A stretch of DNA of 21,121 nucleotides from a virus (Duplodnaviria; Heunggongvirae; Uroviricota; Caudoviricetes), in IMG/VR virus record IMGVR_UViG_2690316318_000022, one strand, 5' to 3'. Numbering within the stretch: the first letter of the stretch is position 1; every line of letters begins with the position of its first letter. A model generated the notes under the pieces. The model was not told the DNA's origin. It worked only from the letters and a program-made list of their open reading frames with translations, and ran no database searches. Shown in pieces: positions 16,651-21,121 of this stretch. Position numbers and translations under genes: made by a program.

Positions 16651-16909
16651 ACGTGAAAACCTAATCGAGAAGCATCTCGTCGCCGAAGTGAAAAAGGCTG
16701 GTGGGGTCGCCTTTAAGTTCATATCACCTGGTCGCCGCTCGGTACCAGATCGCATTGTTCTGCTACCTGGCGGCCGTCTCGTTTTCGTTGAATGTAAATC
16801 TCCCGGCAAGCCACCACGGCCTGACCAGTTGCGCGAGCATGAACGTCTGCGAAAGCTGGGCTTTACCGTGGTAGTACTGGATAGCAAAAATTTAGAGGGG
16901 ATATTGTGA
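16640..16909 (+). CDS. VRR-NUC domain nuclease
   Basis: PD-(D/E)xK-like core DRIVLLPGGRLVFVECKSPG. Start assigned to the ATG at 16640, overlapping the preceding gene's stop; the track ORF starts at 16613. Confidence 0.7.
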   Translation: MAYERENLIEKHLVAEVKKAGGVAFKFISPGRRSVPDRIVLLPGGRLVFVECKSPGKPPRPDQLREHERLRKLGFTVVVLDSKNLEGIL

Positions 16910-16914
16910 GACAA

Positions 16915-17640
16915 TCATTCTGAGCGATTTTTCTTGAGCTTAGAAGCTTTTAAAAAACATACTTTTAGTTGTTGTGTTTCTTTTATGCTTACAGGAATTA
17001 ATTTCCCCTCAATTCCTTCGACACTCATAAATTCAGAGCTATTTTTTTTACAGTTCCCCAAGACAAATTTTCCGTTATAGCTTTCGATAATATAAGCATC
17101 ATATTTTTTAGAATAAAAAAGAGGCTCATCTGATAAGTATGCCCATGCCCACCCAAGGACTGAAGGAAGCATTGCTATGGATATAAAAAGCATAACCCCA
17201 TGAGTTTTGTTTTTTATTCTAAATTCATTCCTAATAAAAACAGATACTGCCCTGACACTGATAGGGCTAATAAATCCCAATAGTATTGCTTGGGTAGCCA
17301 CATCCCTTATGGATTTTTCATAAAGGTATGAGCTACCGCCATATAAATACATTGTCCAGTATGAAAGCAAAGAGGCCAAAATGAAGAAAAATAAATACAC
17401 CCACCATGGAATATTCTTCTCTTCAGTATCAATATGCAGCAAAGCGACTAAGGTGCACAAAAGTCCTAATGCAATAACAGAAAATTTAACTATTTCCTCA
17501 ATCCCAATAGAAATAAAACTTACAGGGAATCCATAAAATGAGCAGTACCCTTTGTAAAAAGAAAAAGCCATAAAATAAAGGGCGGCCAAGAGAACCGTTG
17601 TAATTGATAAATCTTTTACATTCATGATGTTCAAGAGCAC
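16915..17640 (-). CDS. Hypothetical multi-pass membrane protein (241 aa), AT-rich antisense insert
   Basis: AAAGGTG SD-like before the ATG at 17640. About four or five hydrophobic segments in the first 170 aa and a charged C-terminal tail. About one third GC in sampled stretches, against roughly 55% in the flanks. Convergent with VRR-NUC and divergent from SNF2. Confidence 0.6.
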   Translation of the reverse strand: MLLNIMNVKDLSITTVLLAALYFMAFSFYKGYCSFYGFPVSFISIGIEEIVKFSVIALGLLCTLVALLHIDTEEKNIPWWVYLFFFILASLLSYWTMYLYGGSSYLYEKSIRDVATQAILLGFISPISVRAVSVFIRNEFRIKNKTHGVMLFISIAMLPSVLGWAWAYLSDEPLFYSKKYDAYIIESYNGKFVLGNCKKNSSEFMSVEGIEGKLIPVSIKETQQLKVCFLKASKLKKNRSE

Positions 17641-17663
17641 CTTTCTAATCAGGGATTTTCTTC

Positions 17664-19055
17664 ATGATAACTTTTAAACCACGTCCCTACCAAGATCTCA
17701 TCATCAATCATCAAATCGAGACCCTGCGCGGCAACATCTGGGCAGGGATGGGGATGGGTAAAACCGTAGCGACACTCACCACGCTGGAAGATCTTTTCAT
17801 GGCTGGAGCAGAAACACGCCCCGCGCTGGTCCTCGCGCCGCTACGCGTTGCAGCAAGCACTTGGCCTGATGAAGCTGTTAAATGGGGGCATCTGCGTAAT
17901 ATTGAGGTACAGCCGATCATCGGTAACGCCAAAGCGCGCTCTACAGCGCTGGCGAACAGCAACGCGAGCGTGTTCACAATCAACTACGATAACCTTGTCT
18001 GGCTGGTTGAAGAATTGGGAGAACGATGGCCGTTCGGTACTGTCATTCCAGATGAAAGCACCCGGCTAAAATCCTTCCGGCTGCGAGGTGGTGGTAAGCG
18101 CGCGGCGGCGCTGGGCAAAGTGGCGCACAAGTATGTCCGGCGCTGGATAAATCTCACCGGTACGCCAGCACCGAACGGCCTGGTAGATTTGTGGGGACAA
18201 TCGTGGTTTGTGGACCAAGGGCAACGTCTCGGGCGCACTTACGGCGCGTTTACCTCACGCTGGTTCAAATCGATACAGTTTCCGGGGCAGAGCTGGACCA
18301 AACTGGAGCCTTTTGCTCACTCACAGGGTGAAATACAGCGAGCGTTAGCCGATGTGACCCTCTCGCTGGATGCGGCCGACTGGTTCGATATCAAAGACCC
18401 CATCCATAACGTAATCCGCGTGGATATGCCGCCGAAGGCCCGTCAGCAGTATCGTGAAATGGAAAAGGAAATGTTCCTCGAGCTGAATGGCGAAGGCATC
18501 GAAGCACCGAACGCCGCGGCAAAGACACTGAAGTGTCTGCAAATCGCCAGCGGCGCAGTATACACAGATGACACCGGAAGTTGGTCAGAACTGCATGACA
18601 CCAAACTACAGGCGCTGGACAGCATACTGACCGAAGCAGCTGGCGCACCTGTGCTGGTTGCTTATCACTGGAAACACGATCTTGAACGCTTGCTTAAAGC
18701 ATTTCCTCGCGGTCGTCACCTCGACCAGGATCCACAGACACTACGTGACTGGAATTCCGGAAAGATTCCTGTTCTCTTTGCACACCCAGCCAGCGCGGGC
18801 CACGGTCTGAACATGCAGGACGGCGGAAACATACTGGTATTTTTCTCACATTGGTGGGACCTGGAGCAGTATCAGCAAATTATTGAACGTATCGGCCCAA
18901 CCAGACAGATACAGGCCGGACACAATCGTCCGGTATTTATTCACCACATTATTGCTGCCGACACTATGGACGAAATGGTGATGGAGCGGCGCAACTCAAA
19001 ACGAACAGTGCAGGACATCCTGCTCGATGCCATGAAAAAGAGAGGTATAGCATGA
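17664..19055 (+). CDS. SNF2-family (SF2) helicase/ATPase
   Basis: Q-motif PRPYQ, Walker A GMGMGKT, DExx-type motif VIPDEST, C-terminal helicase domain; 463 aa. Confidence 0.85.
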   Translation: MITFKPRPYQDLIINHQIETLRGNIWAGMGMGKTVATLTTLEDLFMAGAETRPALVLAPLRVAASTWPDEAVKWGHLRNIEVQPIIGNAKARSTALANSNASVFTINYDNLVWLVEELGERWPFGTVIPDESTRLKSFRLRGGGKRAAALGKVAHKYVRRWINLTGTPAPNGLVDLWGQSWFVDQGQRLGRTYGAFTSRWFKSIQFPGQSWTKLEPFAHSQGEIQRALADVTLSLDAADWFDIKDPIHNVIRVDMPPKARQQYREMEKEMFLELNGEGIEAPNAAAKTLKCLQIASGAVYTDDTGSWSELHDTKLQALDSILTEAAGAPVLVAYHWKHDLERLLKAFPRGRHLDQDPQTLRDWNSGKIPVLFAHPASAGHGLNMQDGGNILVFFSHWWDLEQYQQIIERIGPTRQIQAGHNRPVFIHHIIAADTMDEMVMERRNSKRTVQDILLDAMKKRGIA

Positions 19056-19252
19056 GCGAGAAACCCGACGATTTACTCACCCCGGATGAAGTATGCCAAA
19101 AGTTAGGTATTACACAGAAAACGCTATGTGAGTGGAATATTAAGCATCGTCATCGGGCTATCCTGGCACCAATTCGTTTCAGTGCAAAAGTAGTTCGTTA
19201 TGAGCGCCGAAATGTCGACGCTTTCATTCAAAAATGTCGCAGCCGGTATTAA
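19052..19252 (+). CDS. AlpA-type HTH protein, probable excisionase
   Basis: 66 aa with an AlpA-like pattern (LLTPDEVCQKLGIT.KTL..W...........RF...VVRYERR.VDAFI); adjacent to and convergent with int. Confidence 0.7.
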   Translation: MSEKPDDLLTPDEVCQKLGITQKTLCEWNIKHRHRAILAPIRFSAKVVRYERRNVDAFIQKCRSRY

Positions 19253-20646
19253 CCTCGCCGCCGTAGCAATGCCACCTGCGCAAGTATGCTCCGCTCGTGA
19301 GCCTCGAAAGCTTCGCGCTTCAACGCAATCTCTTCCTGTAAAATCTCATCAGAAAAGTCGTAATGTTCTGCCATCGGGTCATCTGACTTGCTGGAGTGGT
19401 GAAGGCAAAGGAGGCTGATTTCCCTTCGGTCTGAGCGGGAATAGCCTCTTTCCTTCATCAAGGCAATAACATTGCTCTTAAGGAATTTACGGCACATCGT
19501 ATTAAATGCACCGTCTTTCCCTTTAACAGTCCCATCATGTTTTATTCCTTTTACAGCCCCGTCCGGGCTGTATGTTTTCACCAGCTTATCCAGTGATCGT
19601 TTTGAAAATGGCTGCATTGGATCACGTGGCTGCAAAAATACATAATCCCTGTTGCACTCAGGAACTGAATCACGCCAGGCTTTCTGCTCGTCGATAATCC
19701 GCCGGATCTCAGGCGTTATCGGCAGCCGGAAAGCCTTTTGTGTTTTCATAGCCCCTCGCATGCCGATAACCCCTTCCGGATAAACAATTTCACCAGCCTC
19801 CTCGTGAACGTAGTCCCAGCGCAGGTTATGGACATTAATCGGACGAACGCCAGTGATGATCATGAAGCGAACAGCATTCTTCTGGTGTACAGAGGTGCAG
19901 GCAGCAACATTGAGCCAGAGTCGGGCGATTGATTCAATATCGGTAAAAAGCCGTGTGGGGGCGGGTTTCTGTACGCGGGAGGAAACATAATCATCTGGCA
20001 AACTGGCGGCAACATTGCGGCCGTTGCAAAGAGTAGGTGCGCAGAACTTCCAGAACCGACGGAGCTCGGCAAACAACTCCAGGGCGTTATTGTTCGAGCG
20101 AGTGGCGATCCACTCGTCCAGCACTTCCACCAGCCGACTGTATGTTACGTCGCTGAACACCTCGCGCTCGCCGAACGTTGCTTTAATCCGGTCGATACGC
20201 ACCCCGTAGGTTGTGAAACTGTCCGGGCTCAGCTTCTGACGGGCTACTTTGGCTTTGAGGTCATCCCGGTACATTTCCAGCGCTGCATGTACGGACTCTG
20301 CCCGCAGTCCACCGTCAGCCATACCTAGTGCTTTTTCGCGCGCCAGCTGGATAGCGAGCTCCGGCCACTCGCCGAGCTTTTTACCTTTGAGGCCCATCTT
20401 TTTTGGAAACTCGGCGTAAAATGTAACCTTACCGGCTTTGCTGAAATCGATACGGAGATAGTTCTCTTTTTCGTATTTGGAACGGCGAGCCACGCCGGAA
20501 GCAGCGAGGATGATTTTGGCGGCAGCAACACAGATTTTCATGTGTGCGCTGGTATAGGGGGGTTTACAGGCGTCCCATTTTTCAGAAGCGGCTAAAACAT
20601 CGTCATTATTGGGGCTATCCAGATTATGTGTTACAGTGCGCGGCAT
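19249..20646 (-). CDS. int: Tyrosine recombinase, lambda Int family integrase
   Basis: Box I-like ITGVRPINVHNLRWDYV and box II-like LLCLHHSSKSDDPMAEHYDF (compare lambda Int HLLGHKSDTMASQYRD, catalytic Tyr). Start assigned to the ATG at 20646 with AAGGA SD; the track ORF starts at TTG 20652 and an internal ATG at 20541 is an alternative. Confidence 0.8.
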   Translation of the reverse strand: MPRTVTHNLDSPNNDDVLAASEKWDACKPPYTSAHMKICVAAAKIILAASGVARRSKYEKENYLRIDFSKAGKVTFYAEFPKKMGLKGKKLGEWPELAIQLAREKALGMADGGLRAESVHAALEMYRDDLKAKVARQKLSPDSFTTYGVRIDRIKATFGEREVFSDVTYSRLVEVLDEWIATRSNNNALELFAELRRFWKFCAPTLCNGRNVAASLPDDYVSSRVQKPAPTRLFTDIESIARLWLNVAACTSVHQKNAVRFMIITGVRPINVHNLRWDYVHEEAGEIVYPEGVIGMRGAMKTQKAFRLPITPEIRRIIDEQKAWRDSVPECNRDYVFLQPRDPMQPFSKRSLDKLVKTYSPDGAVKGIKHDGTVKGKDGAFNTMCRKFLKSNVIALMKERGYSRSDRREISLLCLHHSSKSDDPMAEHYDFSDEILQEEIALKREAFEAHERSILAQVALLRRRG

Positions 20647-20851
20647 TCTCAATCCTTATCTGCGTAGGCGCAGAAAACAAGCTCACACATACAAGTCTTT
20701 TCTACGGGACAAAATGCAATGTGTTGCGGTTTTGTGTTGCTGGACTGAGTTTATCAAGGTTAAATACACTGGATCAACATACAGTAAGTTAATGACAGTA
20801 AAACATACAAACTCGATACAACTTACTGATTTTAAAATGATTTAACGGTAA

Positions 20852-21121
<270 letters not shown>

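Overview
This window is the right-hand part of a lambdoid (mosaic) prophage on an enterobacterial chromosome, ending next to the host ferredoxin gene yfhL. Order, left to right: portal (partial), large and small terminase, a lysis cassette (Rz with embedded Rz1, lambda R-like endolysin, three-TMD holin), a late regulatory region with two minus-strand terminators, antiterminator Q, an AEP-primase/SF3-helicase protein with an adjacent iteron origin, cro-like and cI-like repressors with shared operators, then a rightward early operon (Cas4-like DUF2800 nuclease, DUF2815, family A DNA polymerase, DUF4406, VRR-NUC, SNF2 helicase, AlpA-type excisionase) and a convergent lambda Int-like integrase. 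The most promising candidates for an undescribed function are three accessory genes or loci inserted antisense or as AT-rich islands into otherwise tight operons: a convergent two-gene island (12684..14008), a multi-pass membrane protein (16915..17640) and a coiled-coil/zinc-ribbon protein next to the immunity region (8922..9491). A further candidate is a structured leader after the leftward-operator promoter that carries an rrn-type boxA match but no N gene. All calls rest on reading the sequence and recalled family motifs; no database search was run.
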